In this document: positions 1-10,259 of the stretch, piece by piece
Position numbering within the stretch: position 1 is the first letter of the stretch
Layout: each line of letters begins with the position of its first letter
Origin: Macrostomum lignano
Taxonomy: Eukaryota
DNA length: 64,000 bases
NCBI GenBank assembly: GCA_002269645.1
Contig: NIVC01000064.1
Span: forward strand, 124,001 to 188,000
Direction: 5' to 3'
The notes under the pieces: model-generated
Seen by the model: the letters and a program-made list of their open reading frames with translations, nothing else
Told to the model about the DNA's origin: nothing
Database searches by the model: none
Program-made: the position numbers and the translations under genes

Positions 1-495
1 TGGTCTGTGTCGCACTCTTCCTGCTTCCTACTTTTTGGTTTGGTAGTTCAATGCTTTGACCGTCTGTGTCGCAGTCAAAAAAAAGACGCACACACGCATC
101 GCATATTTGCCACAATGTTTTTTTAATCAATTCGCTTGTAGGCGAAGCTTTTGATGGGTTCGGCCTTTTTAAGCCTGTAGCTTCGGGCCTCAGAACTCAG
201 AAATGAATCACTTAGAACTCTGGCCTCTCACTCCTGTCAGATGGTCAGCCCCGTGGTAGCTAGATTGTGGGCGAGCAGCAAGGTCCTATAGCTAAGAGAA
301 GACAGCGAGAGACAAGCAGGGAGAATTTGAAAGGTAGAGATTAGCTAATCCACAGATTAACTAAACCGGTCCAACCAGTCCGTGCGCCCCGGCTCACCAA
401 ACCGGAGCTATCGAAATCGGAATTCCGACTAGAGGGGCACTGCACTTACCTGCCATCTAGTGTCTTTTAGCTATCTCGAAGTCATAGCCGAATAG

Positions 496-1876
496 GGGCG
501 CTTTCATTAGGCCAAAATTTCACTTTGCCAAAAAGCAGCCTCTTTCACTAGGCCGAAACTTCACTAGGCCGAAACTTTACTTTGCAGAAATGACTAGCAC
601 GCTCTTTCATAAGGCCGAAACTTCACTAGGCCGAAACTGCACTTTGCCGAAATGACTAGCACGCTCTTTCATAAGGCCGAAACTACACTAGGCCGAAACT
701 TTACTTTGCCGAAATGACTAGCACGCTCTTTCATAAGGCCGAAACTTCACTAGGCCGAAAAATCATCTTAGCAGCCTCTTTCACTAGGCCGAAACTTCAC
801 ATTGCCGAAAAATCATCTTAGCAGCATCCTTACTATGGTCGAAAGGGGATGTGAACTTAAGCGTCCAAAATGAAACCGCAAGCAAGCAGTGACGATTTCT
901 CTGCACCAGTTTCTTTATTTTGACCTAAGAGTTACTGCTACTAAAGTGGGAGCACGATATGGTCACTCAGTTTTTTTATGGAATACGAGCGTATTTTTAA
1001 CATTCCTTACTTCATTTGGGGTTAACTTTGATTGCTTATTATTTTCATTGCATTTTCTGTCTCAGTCGGATGGACTTTTAAGTTGTAGAGTGCTCGTATG
1101 TTGTTGTAAGGCTCCTTTGAAAGTATGCAGATTTGCCTGGATTCCGATTCATAGAATATGCATGGCTCTTAGTCTCTAATTCTTTGGCTTCTGTGAAATT
1201 CAACCCGTATGTTTTTAGTATCAAAAAGACAATGTACAATAGTATATGATTTTTTATATGCCCCATATTCTCTCTCCTCTCTTCCCCATTTTTTTCTTAA
1301 ATTGCTCGCTCATACCTTTCAGTCTAGCCGCTAGCGGGAACGAGCCCTATGCAGGCCTGGTCCTGTTGTCTGCTATTGGATCTGTGCAAGGACTCGTAGA
1401 TCTAGCAGGTTTTAGTTCTAGATCTCTAAGGTCTGTTTAATGATTAATGATTAATAATAATGATTAATTATTATTCAATAATAATAATAATAAAATAATG
1501 ATAATAATTATTAGTGATTAAAGATTCAGTTTAATGTTACCATGTTAGTTTCGGCCTAGTGAAAGAGGCTGCTAAAATGATTTTCGGCAAAGTGAAGTTT
1601 CGGCCTAGTGAAAGAGGCTGCATGCTAAAATGATTTTTCGGCGTAGTGAAGTTTCGTCCTTATGAAAGAGCGTGCTATAGTCATTTCGGCAAAGTGAAGT
1701 TTCGTCCTTATGAAAGAGCGTGCTAGTCATTTCGGCCTAGTGAAGTTTCGGCCTAGTGAAAGAGGCTGCTAAAATGATTTTTCGGCAAAGTGAAGTTTCG
1801 GCCTAGTGAAGTTTCGGCCTTGTGAAGGAAGATGCTTTCGGCAAAGTGAAATTTCGGCCTGGTAAACCCCCCCCCC
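496..1876. mobile_element. Foldback / non-autonomous Mutator-like element with long modular TIRs
   Basis: Arms at ~496-850 and ~1545-1876 are reverse complements built of TTTCACTAGGCCGAAAC subrepeats. The 9-bp direct repeat GCCGAATAG at 487-495 and 1877-1885 fits a TSD. No ORF inside. Confidence 0.8.
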
Positions 1877-2895
1877 GCCGAATAGAAGGGACGCTGCTGG
1901 GACTAAGATCGCATTGGCCATGCAGGGACAGAGAGGACTTTTGCAGGGGGTTCTTGCGCTGGCGAGCCTTTATACACGGCTGAATGCACTATTTCATTAC
2001 CAAATTCCCAGAAGTACATTCAAAAGTACACGTAACTGCACGCTTTTGGCACTAAATGTGTTAACGTGTCGACAGATAGCGATGATGTAGGGTATTGTCA
2101 CTTTCGGAGACCTTTAGACTAGCATTTAACTCATCTTAGCCGCTTAGCGGCCTGAGACCGCGCGAAAGCACCAGTCTGGCACTTAATTTGCATGCTTATC
2201 ATGATTTCTTAAATCGACTGATTGACTGGGAACTGTGCTGCTTCTGGTCCACCGTGACCCCTGCCTCTAGATTTAGCTACTCATCTCAGCCGGCATTGCG
2301 AAAAAGAAAGAAAACGCTAAGGTCTTTAACTTCCAGATTTAACTTTCTCACTTAATCCGCAATCCTAAACACCTTAAATTGAGTCAGAGCGAATGGCTAC
2401 TTTTAGTATTAACTGACACTTCTGCCTCGAGTTTGACACACAAAAGCAAGTAATCAAAAGTGCAAATCCTATCAGACTACTTAGGAAGGGGTCAGACAAA
2501 GGGCGCACCCAGTTAAGCAGGTCAAGAAAGCCTCTCACCCGACCAATCAGAGGACCTAACTGCCGGTAGCCAAGAGATCCGCAGAGACCGAAGCGCTCGG
2601 ATGGGATGCTGCTGCCGATCTTAACTGACGAGTGCCGCCGTTACTCTTCACTTGCCGGTTGCTGTTGAAGCTCTTTGTTCACGGCCGGGAGGTACCGGTG
2701 ATGCCTCTCAAGGGGAACTTAGCTGTTGAAGCCGAAACTGCCGGAGGAAGAGGGACCGGAGGCCGAAGAGGCAGCAGAAGCCGAAGGGGATTAGATTGGC
2801 AGGACCGGCCAAGGCCAAGGTCAGGGCGTGCCAGAAGGTAGGGGGATGCCGGGAACCTCGAACAGGCCTTTCCGAGCGCGGGTCGAGTTGCCGCC

Positions 2896-3027
2896 TTTTA
2901 TAACTTTCACGCGGCCGATTTGTTATAACGCACGCCGAATTTTCTGATTGGCTGAGAGCTTTTGTTAAAATAGCCGCCGAATTTTCTGATTGGTCGAGCC
3001 GGGGGCAGTCAGGTCGACTCTGATTGG
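2896..3027 (-). promoter_or_regulatory. Pol II promoter module: three CCAAT boxes plus TATA box
   Basis: ATTGG at 2947-2951, 2988-2992 and 3023-3027; TTTTATA at 2896-2902 (TATAAAA on minus). Confidence 0.55.
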
Positions 3028-3429
3028 CTGAGCTCGAGACTCCAAAACCCATCCCACTAGGTGGCCTTCGGACCCCAGGGAAGCTGGCAGGTGCGGTCAA
3101 AACATATGTGCAAAACATATTAAAAGTCACTTGTCTAGAAATCCTAGCGCCAAAAGTGACAGCAAAACGCCCATAAATCAAAGGAGAAAGTAACAGAGCG
3201 AGTGGGGAGAAAGCTGGAAAGGCCTCTTTGACCTAGACAGGCTGGAGCCAAGTAACAGCTAGACCGCCTTAAGTCACTGGAAGCAGTGAAAAAAGCCGCA
3301 AATCTGGGGGTCAGAATGGGGTTGAAACCATTCCTCCCAGACTTAGTGTCGCCCGTCTAGACTGTTAGAGGTCAATCCGCCTCAGACCCAGACAGCCTGA
3401 CCTTCAAAGATGCGTAAACAATCCAAAAT

Positions 3430-3935
3430 TAGAATCCTAAGAGAAGCACATTGAGATTAGAGAAGAGAGGGGAGAAGATGAGAGGAGAAAGGAGAGGAGA
3501 GAAGAGAGAATGGAGAGGAGAGAAAAGAGAGAAGAGGGAGACAGGAGATGATAGAAAGGAGAGAAAAAAGATGGGATATAAGAAAGGAGAGGGTGAGAGC
3601 ATATAGGAGAGATGAAAAATAAAAGCAGAGAAAAAAAAGAAAAAGAAGAGAGATGGTAGAGGAGAGACGATAGATAAGAGAGTTTGAGAGTTGAGAGAAT
3701 ACATGAGAGAGGAGAGAGGAGAGAAGAGGGGAGAGAGGAGACAGGAGAGAGTAGACACGAAGGACGAGGGAGAAGAGATAAATAAGGGAGTAGAGATGAG
3801 AGAAGAGAAAGGAGAGACTAGATATAAGATAGCAAAGAAGAGAGAGCAGATATGAGAGACTAGAGATGAGAGAGCAGATGAGAGAGGAGAGATAAGAGAC
3901 TACACTGTAGAGATGAGAGGGCAAAGAGGAGAACA
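3430..3935. repeat. GA-rich low-complexity tract
   Basis: Purine-rich GAGA/GGAGA run; the ORFs here are low-complexity artefacts. Confidence 0.85.
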
Positions 3936-5171
3936 AAAAGGCTTTACGGAGGATTTGCAGATGATTTGGAAGATGGGATTTAAGTCATGGGGTTTCAGCT
4001 GATGGATTTCAGGGAATGGAATTCCGGTGATGGGAGTTCTTTCCCTTTCTCCTCCGAAGGAGGCGTTCCACTCGTAATTAATAGTAATGTCATAAGTTAG
4101 TCTAGACGAGAGAATAGAGAGAAAATCCTAAGCTAGCCTACTGACAGTAGGGGAAAGGCGCATCGAAGCAAAATGTGCGGTTTTAATTTTTATCATCTAA
4201 CAGCGATGTTAGAGTGGCGCTGATTTGAACTTCGTTTTTGTCTTAGTAGTTGTATACTTCGAACGAAATAGAGCAGTTTTTTATCTTTCTTACTAAATAT
4301 TCCTTATTACCAACTCTATATCGAGAAATACACAACGTTGTAAAGTGCATCCTTTATTTTGTATTTTTCATTTGGGGCGTTTGGAACACAGCAGATATGT
4401 TTGTGAATAAAATCGTCAAGTCAAAAACGGTGCTCGCTTGTCTCTCAGTCAGAAAGCTCCATGCTTGTCTCCTGGCTCAACATGCTGTCTCTGTTCTCTA
4501 GGCTTGTATCTTTGGATGCCCTTTTTAAACTTAGTATGACAACAGCCATATTTTACAAATAGCTTCGTTCGTTATTATTAGCCGAATAATGCAAACAACT
4601 TTCTATACATGCTTCGGACCAACTATTGATGTGTGACAATTATACTGTCATTGGGATTCGTAAGTGGCACCGCAAAAGGCACTTTTTCAATTTAGCTTTC
4701 CATTGTTAAATTATATCTTCAATCTTATACTCAGCAACATTGAAGGGTCGCCACTCTATGAATTTCTCTTCAAGGACTATTCTGAAATCAAAGATGCGAG
4801 AAAACTGATCGGGGTCAGGTAGCTTTAATTCGTCAAGCCCTCGCACACCGCACTCCCACTTTATTCCTCAACTCAAGTCTGCACTTTCTTAATCTACTTG
4901 AGCATTGAGCAATCGATCACTGTATAATACTATACTGTATTGTCTGGAAACAAGGGAGTTTGAGAATGCGATTTTTCGTCCTCAAACAAACATTGGTCCT
5001 TGAGTAAATCCCTGAATCGGAGCAAATTTTCGCTTTATTCATTCCAGCTTTATTCGCTTGTCACATGTCGAAATAGGAAAGTTTTCATAAATCTACAAAC
5101 AACTGAAAACTGTAGCTCACTGCCTGTCGAGTTGTCAAACTCTATGCAGTGCTCTATGAGCCACAATAGTT

Positions 5172-7004
5172 TTATTTGCTTGTCCTGCCCGTCGGACCAA
5201 TCATCATCGGGTACTTTGTCGCGGAATCGACTCCGCTGACGTCAACAGTGGCGCTGCTGCTGCCGTATTTGTTGTTATAACTGACGCTGATCTTTGACCC
5301 TCGACGACGAGCATCTCGAGTATCGCCGTCTCCGGGCTGACCTTCACGCCGAGTAGCCATGCAGCGCGTGACCAGAATGCAGGCCAGCGAATAGCAGAAT
5401 CCCACAGCCAGGCCGAGAGACACGTCCAGCACGAGGACAGACACAGCGGTCAGTAGCCATGTGCTCAAGTCCAGGTACTTGGCTTCACGCCACAGTTTAG
5501 GAATATCGGTCACTTGTTTGAACAACCCGACTAAGGACACGACAATAACGGAGGCCAGAGCGCAGTCGGGAACGGCTTCGAACAACGGGCCAACTGCTAG
5601 CACAACCAGTAGCAAGACGAGGCAGCTCACTGCTGATGCCACCTGCGACTTCATGCCCGCTCCGACCACCACAGCGCATCGAGCCAGCGCGCCAGTAGCG
5701 TAGAAGCACTGGAAGAAGCTGCCAAACAGACTGGACGTTCCCAGTACAAAAAGTTCTCCATTGTAATTAACTTCATAGTCAAACTGCAGGGCGTACATTT
5801 TCCCGATAGACAGGGACATGGCCGCGCCGACTAAACTAACAGGCAGGCACGGGAGCAGGACGTTTGGCAGGAAGGAGAAGTCCGGTACTAGCGGTAGCGG
5901 CAAGCCTCTCGGGACGGTTCCGACTACGTCAACGCCGAAGCGCGACTGCAATTGCAACGCGTGTGACGCCACCAGCGCCGATAAAATGATAAGCAGTTCA
6001 ACTGGCAGTGGAACTTTGATGCACTTTTTGACGCGCGGATTCAGGTACTCTTTCATTAGGTAGAGCGGCACCATGCACGCAACGGAGGTGATTACGGTTG
6101 CCCAGTTAGTCGACGCGATGTCGTTAAATATTCCGGTGTAGCTGGCAATCAGTTTAACAAAGTTGTCGCCGCCAGTTGGCTGAACGCCCAGCAGCATCGG
6201 AACCTGGCTGGTGAAGATGTGCACAGCTGCGGCTGTTGTAAAGCCGCGAAGCATCGGGTTGGAGACGTACTTCATCACAAAGCCGAGCTGCAAGGTGCCA
6301 AGCGCCATGTTGATTACTGATGCCGCAAAACTGCCTAAAACGGCGACTTGAAGTCTAGCGTATTCTTCCACGGTGAGTCCGCCGTAGTACTCATCGGAGT
6401 CGCTCGAACAGTCGGCATTTAGATTGATCTCATCAACCTCTGAGTATAAAGAGCAATTACTTATGGTGCTGTTAGAGCCCGGAAGCTGGTCCATGTACTG
6501 ACGATAGGTCGTCCCGATCATGTCCGCTAGCAGGAGCGAGGTCAGTGAGAAAGTGCCTAGCGATAAGTGACGTGACCTCCCTAGCAGAGAGTAGAGAGCC
6601 ACGGGTATCAGCGAAGTGTACAGGCCGTTGATGGGTCTTAGACCGGCCAGTAAGCCATAGGCCAGGCCTTGTGGTATGTGAAAGACGCTCATTGTTAATC
6701 CGGCGAGCAGGTCCGACACCAGAGCTTTGCTGGAGTAGCTTCCGCTAGAGATCAGGGAATAGAACGGAAACAGCAGCTGGAACAAGCTCCCGGCTCGGTG
6801 CTTCAGCGCTACCATCGTTGGCTCGCTGCAGCAGGAGTTGCAGCAATTACTGCAGCCGCCGCGAAACGGCTTCTTACCGAGCAGGCCTCGTCGTCTCGTT
6901 GTTGAAGATCCGTACAGATGGTGCAAATCGTCCGACAACAACGGAATTGTTTCCGATCGAGTGCTCTCCAACAGGTCAGCCTCTGATTCAGTTGCCGTTG
7001 TCAT
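5172..7004 (-). CDS. SLC26/SulP anion transporter paralog A, single coding exon, 610 aa, no STAS domain
   Basis: Uninterrupted ORF with SLC26 motifs HIPQGLAYGLLAGLRPINGLYTS, GRSRHLSLGTF, GVQP, VVGTVPRGLP, FQCFYATGALAR, GMKSQ, VLDVSLGL. A short polar tail follows TM14. An AG acceptor at 7041-7042 lies 36 nt upstream of the ATG. Confidence 0.92.
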   Translation of the reverse strand: MTTATESEADLLESTRSETIPLLSDDLHHLYGSSTTRRRGLLGKKPFRGGCSNCCNSCCSEPTMVALKHRAGSLFQLLFPFYSLISSGSYSSKALVSDLLAGLTMSVFHIPQGLAYGLLAGLRPINGLYTSLIPVALYSLLGRSRHLSLGTFSLTSLLLADMIGTTYRQYMDQLPGSNSTISNCSLYSEVDEINLNADCSSDSDEYYGGLTVEEYARLQVAVLGSFAASVINMALGTLQLGFVMKYVSNPMLRGFTTAAAVHIFTSQVPMLLGVQPTGGDNFVKLIASYTGIFNDIASTNWATVITSVACMVPLYLMKEYLNPRVKKCIKVPLPVELLIILSALVASHALQLQSRFGVDVVGTVPRGLPLPLVPDFSFLPNVLLPCLPVSLVGAAMSLSIGKMYALQFDYEVNYNGELFVLGTSSLFGSFFQCFYATGALARCAVVVGAGMKSQVASAVSCLVLLLVVLAVGPLFEAVPDCALASVIVVSLVGLFKQVTDIPKLWREAKYLDLSTWLLTAVSVLVLDVSLGLAVGFCYSLACILVTRCMATRREGQPGDGDTRDARRRGSKISVSYNNKYGSSSATVDVSGVDSATKYPMMIGPTGRTSK

Positions 7005-7699
7005 GATCTCCCCGCGGAGCCTGTCCGACGAAATTCCTTGCTAAAAATGCGACTAACAGTTTTTTTGTGAGCATTAGAAGGAGCTCCTTTCACGCTAAAC
7101 TAGGTCGAACGAAACGCTTAAGAAAAGAAGCGGAGAGGGAGAGAGAGAGAGAGAGATAGCCATGAGATTCAAACTGGTTGCAACGCCTATTCCAGACTGA
7201 TCTTCTTATCAATGTGAGCATTTTGAGCGCGGTTTCTGATTGCACGTTGGGGGAGCGCCTGCCGTTAGTCTCTTAAAATCTAAAAAGCGGTCTTCTACGA
7301 CACCAATAGCCGTTGTTAATTGTCTGTACGGTGGATGTATAACTGGTTTTCAGTTTATTGCACCTACGTATTCACTATTTTTACTGAAGTAACTTAATGA
7401 ATGATCGTAACTTGGTGTACAACTATAGAAGTCGTCTTATCTATAGGTAGGGAAAGTGATTATTATTTCAGCAGGTAACAGTAGCTAGAGAGACCAGACT
7501 AATGTACACCTTTTTAGCGAACACCTGGGCTATTCCCGCACCTGAAAAGCGAGAACACTTGCGTAGTCTTTGCTGAAAAAGTGAAGCGCGTCTAAAAACT
7601 CCGAAGAGTATTTGGTCATCGGCATGCAGTGTAAGTGATTTTAGTTCTCGCTAACGCATGAAAAATGATCTTCTAGTTTGGAAATTACTCGACTAAAGC

Positions 7700-8413
7700 T
7701 GATCGCGACTTGGCCTTACTTTCGATCGAAGTCTTCAAGACGCGACTTGGCATTATTTTTGATCGAAGTCTTCAAGACGCGACTTGGCCTTACTTTCGAT
7801 CGAAGTCTTCAAGACGCGACTTGGCATTATTTTTTATCGAAGTCTTCAGACGCGACTTGGCATTATTTTTGATCGAAGTCTTCAGACGCGACTTGGCCTT
7901 ACTTTCGATCGAAGTCTTCAAGACGCGACTTGTCCTTATTTTTCGATCTACGTCTTTAAGACATGACTTGGCCTTACTATTCGATCGAAGTGTTTAAGAC
8001 ATGACTTGGCCTTACTATTCGATCGAAGTGTTTAAGACATGACTTGGCCTTACTATTCGATCGAAGTGTTTAAGACATGACTTGGCCTTACTATTCGATC
8101 GACAGGTTTAAGACACGACTTGGCCTTACTATTCGATCGAAGTGTTTAAGACATGACTTGGCCTTACTATTCGATCGACATGTTTAAGACACGACTTGGC
8201 CTTACTATTCGATCGACGTCTTCAAGACGCGACTTGTCCTTAGTTTTCGATCTACGTCTTTAAGACATGACTTGGCCTTACTATTCGATCGAAGTGTTTA
8301 AGACATGACTTGGCCTTACTATTCGATCGACATGTTTAAGACACGACTTGGCCTTACTATTCGATCGAAGTCTTCAAGACACGACTTGGACTTACTATTC
8401 GATCGATGTCTTT
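7700..8413. repeat. ~37-bp minisatellite (GACGCGACTTGGCCTTACTTTCGATCGAAGTCTTCAA)
   Basis: About 19 tandem copies; about 1.5 further copies occur at 10088-10145. Confidence 0.95.
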
Positions 8414-8793
8414 CGTTGTGTGTGTGTGCTTTTACATGTACTTTATACAAAGTATTATTAATATTTTCTGTTCAGCCATAGACATGCTTTGAACGCTCTA
8501 CAGGTATGAGCTTGAAGCCAGCGATCGCTATCTAAAAATACACAAGACAGGGAATTCTAAATCCTACTGGAATGACAACTGAAACAGCGGTGAGGACTTT
8601 TTATAAAAGATAAGGCTTACTGCGATTGCCACAGACATGGGATTTTTTTGCCGCATCAACTTAGATTGCCACTAAGAAGAATCATCTTCGTTCGCCTTAT
8701 TTTGTCTTTGTCTGCTTACAAGCACTAATATGCCAGATTGACTTTCCTGAAGCCAAGTCTCTGCGTCCTCTGCTGAAGTTTTGCGTCCTCTGC

Positions 8794-9750
8794 ATGCCAA
8801 ATAAATGCGCCGTTTTTGGCTGCAAGTCCAGCCGCGAGTCGGCAACGGCACGGTCAGCGAGGATTTCATTCCACAAGTTTCCGAATCGAGACGACCTGCT
8901 GGAAAAATGGTTAAGGAGCATTTCCCGAGAAGCAACTTTCAAGCCATCGAAGCACACTCGAATTTGCTCTCTTTACTGCACGGAATCAGATTTTATTGCT
9001 GAGAATCAGGACAGCAATGCATATCGGAAAAAGAAACAACACGTAGAAGGTGCCAATCTTGTAAAAAGAATATTAAGAGAAGATGCAGTTCCCACCCAAT
9101 ATAGCACGACCAGCATGACATCATATTTCACAAAAACTCCACTAGCTTCGCGATCAGGAAACGCATCTTGTCGCAACGGCGTCACGAGATCGATGTCGCA
9201 CAAGTGAAACAACAAGTGAGAGATTATTTTGCCAGTGAAAGAATTCAAGGTCGCTAAGTTTTCGAAAGAGAATTGAAGCCGTCCGGATTTATTGCGCATC
9301 AACCAGCAGACACTCTCAGCATTATGCTTATAGCTAATGGTCTACCTCCCATGGTCAAGAGTTGCATAGCCGTGAATTGTAAGTTGGAAGTCCTAGTTTT
9401 TTATGGCAGCCGGGCAGTATCGCCAAAACAGTACAGCCACATCATTCCAGTGTCCTCAACTCTGAGTTCAGCCACGCAGCTTGTAAATTTAATGGCCTTT
9501 GTGAAGTCTGCAACTGAATCCAATGCATTCCACGTTGACCACAAAGAGGCTACATGCTCTAGATAGTCTCAAACAGTTGCTCCAGCAGGACAATTGTCCG
9601 TCAGACAGCAGTGCGCCGTCTTGCCTGGCTTTTATTACTGAGCAGCTCAAGCTGGTTGATGTGGACAAGCATGCTCGACGCTATTCGCCTGAGTTGATCG
9701 TTTTCTCTTATATTCTGTTGTCTGTGAGTCCGGCTGCTTTGCTTGCTTGA
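8794..9750 (+). pseudogene. Decayed THAP-domain / P-element-like transposase fragment
   Basis: MPNKCAVFGC..FHKFP..W..P...ICSLYC is a THAP with the H ligand lost. Frameshifted downstream pieces end in LAFITEQLKL..ARRYSPELIVFSYIL..SPAA, which resembles the post-THAP region of P-type transposases. No catalytic core. Confidence 0.7.
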
Positions 9751-10259
9751 CATACTCCTGTGCCTACTTGTGTTACATCTAGAAATTGATATAATTTCAA
9801 CGTCTTCTTGTCGCGTTTCATTTCTGTGCTTTTGTTATTGTTTCGGAAATATACTTTGAAATATGATCCTTCTTTTTGAATATTCTGTGTGTTTACTCCG
9901 TACGCTTGCGATCTCTAATCTTGGCCTCATTTTTTACAACTGATATTTCAGTTGTCATTCCAGTCGCTAGATTTAGAATTGCTTGCACAAGCGCATAGGA
10001 GAGCCAAGGCTCATATTGAGTTTCGAACTCACAGTAGTTTGTGTCTCACGACTTCAACTCGATTCAATAAAGAAGCGGAGAACACAACATCTTTAAGACA
10101 CGGCTTGTCCTTAGTTTTCGATCTACGTCTTTAAGACGCGTGACTTCCAGAGTCGTATCCAGCTTCAAATGTACTATATATTTAATTACTCGTACATTAT
10201 TAAACAACTCATGCCACTTTCTGTCCGACTCCGTTGCACCCATACCTTTCAGACAACCG

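Larger units (their letters stand above)
235..4146 (-). mobile_element. LTR-like segment (boundaries uncertain), interrupted by the foldback element
   Basis: Minus-strand promoter module (3 CCAAT + TATAAAA) preceded by a long pyrimidine-rich tract, the same layout as the solo LTR at 21277-23112. Candidate ends are TGTCAG..CTGACA but no TSD was found. Confidence 0.35.

Noticed and set aside
2625-2632. CTGACGAG as a hammerhead ribozyme core
   Set aside because: No stem II closing into GAAA downstream.
4137-4151. CCTACTG-A-CAGTAGG palindrome (similar motif near 41957) as a firm LTR end
   Set aside because: No matching TSD at the other candidate end, and recurrence elsewhere suggests coincidence or an unrelated motif.
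5000-7050. Paralog A as a recent processed retrocopy of B or C
   Set aside because: No poly(A) tract or TSD, and it is strongly diverged from both.
7700-8413. 37-bp repeats with partial dyad symmetry as a CRISPR array
   Set aside because: Units are head-to-tail with no unique spacers, the context is eukaryotic and there are no cas genes.
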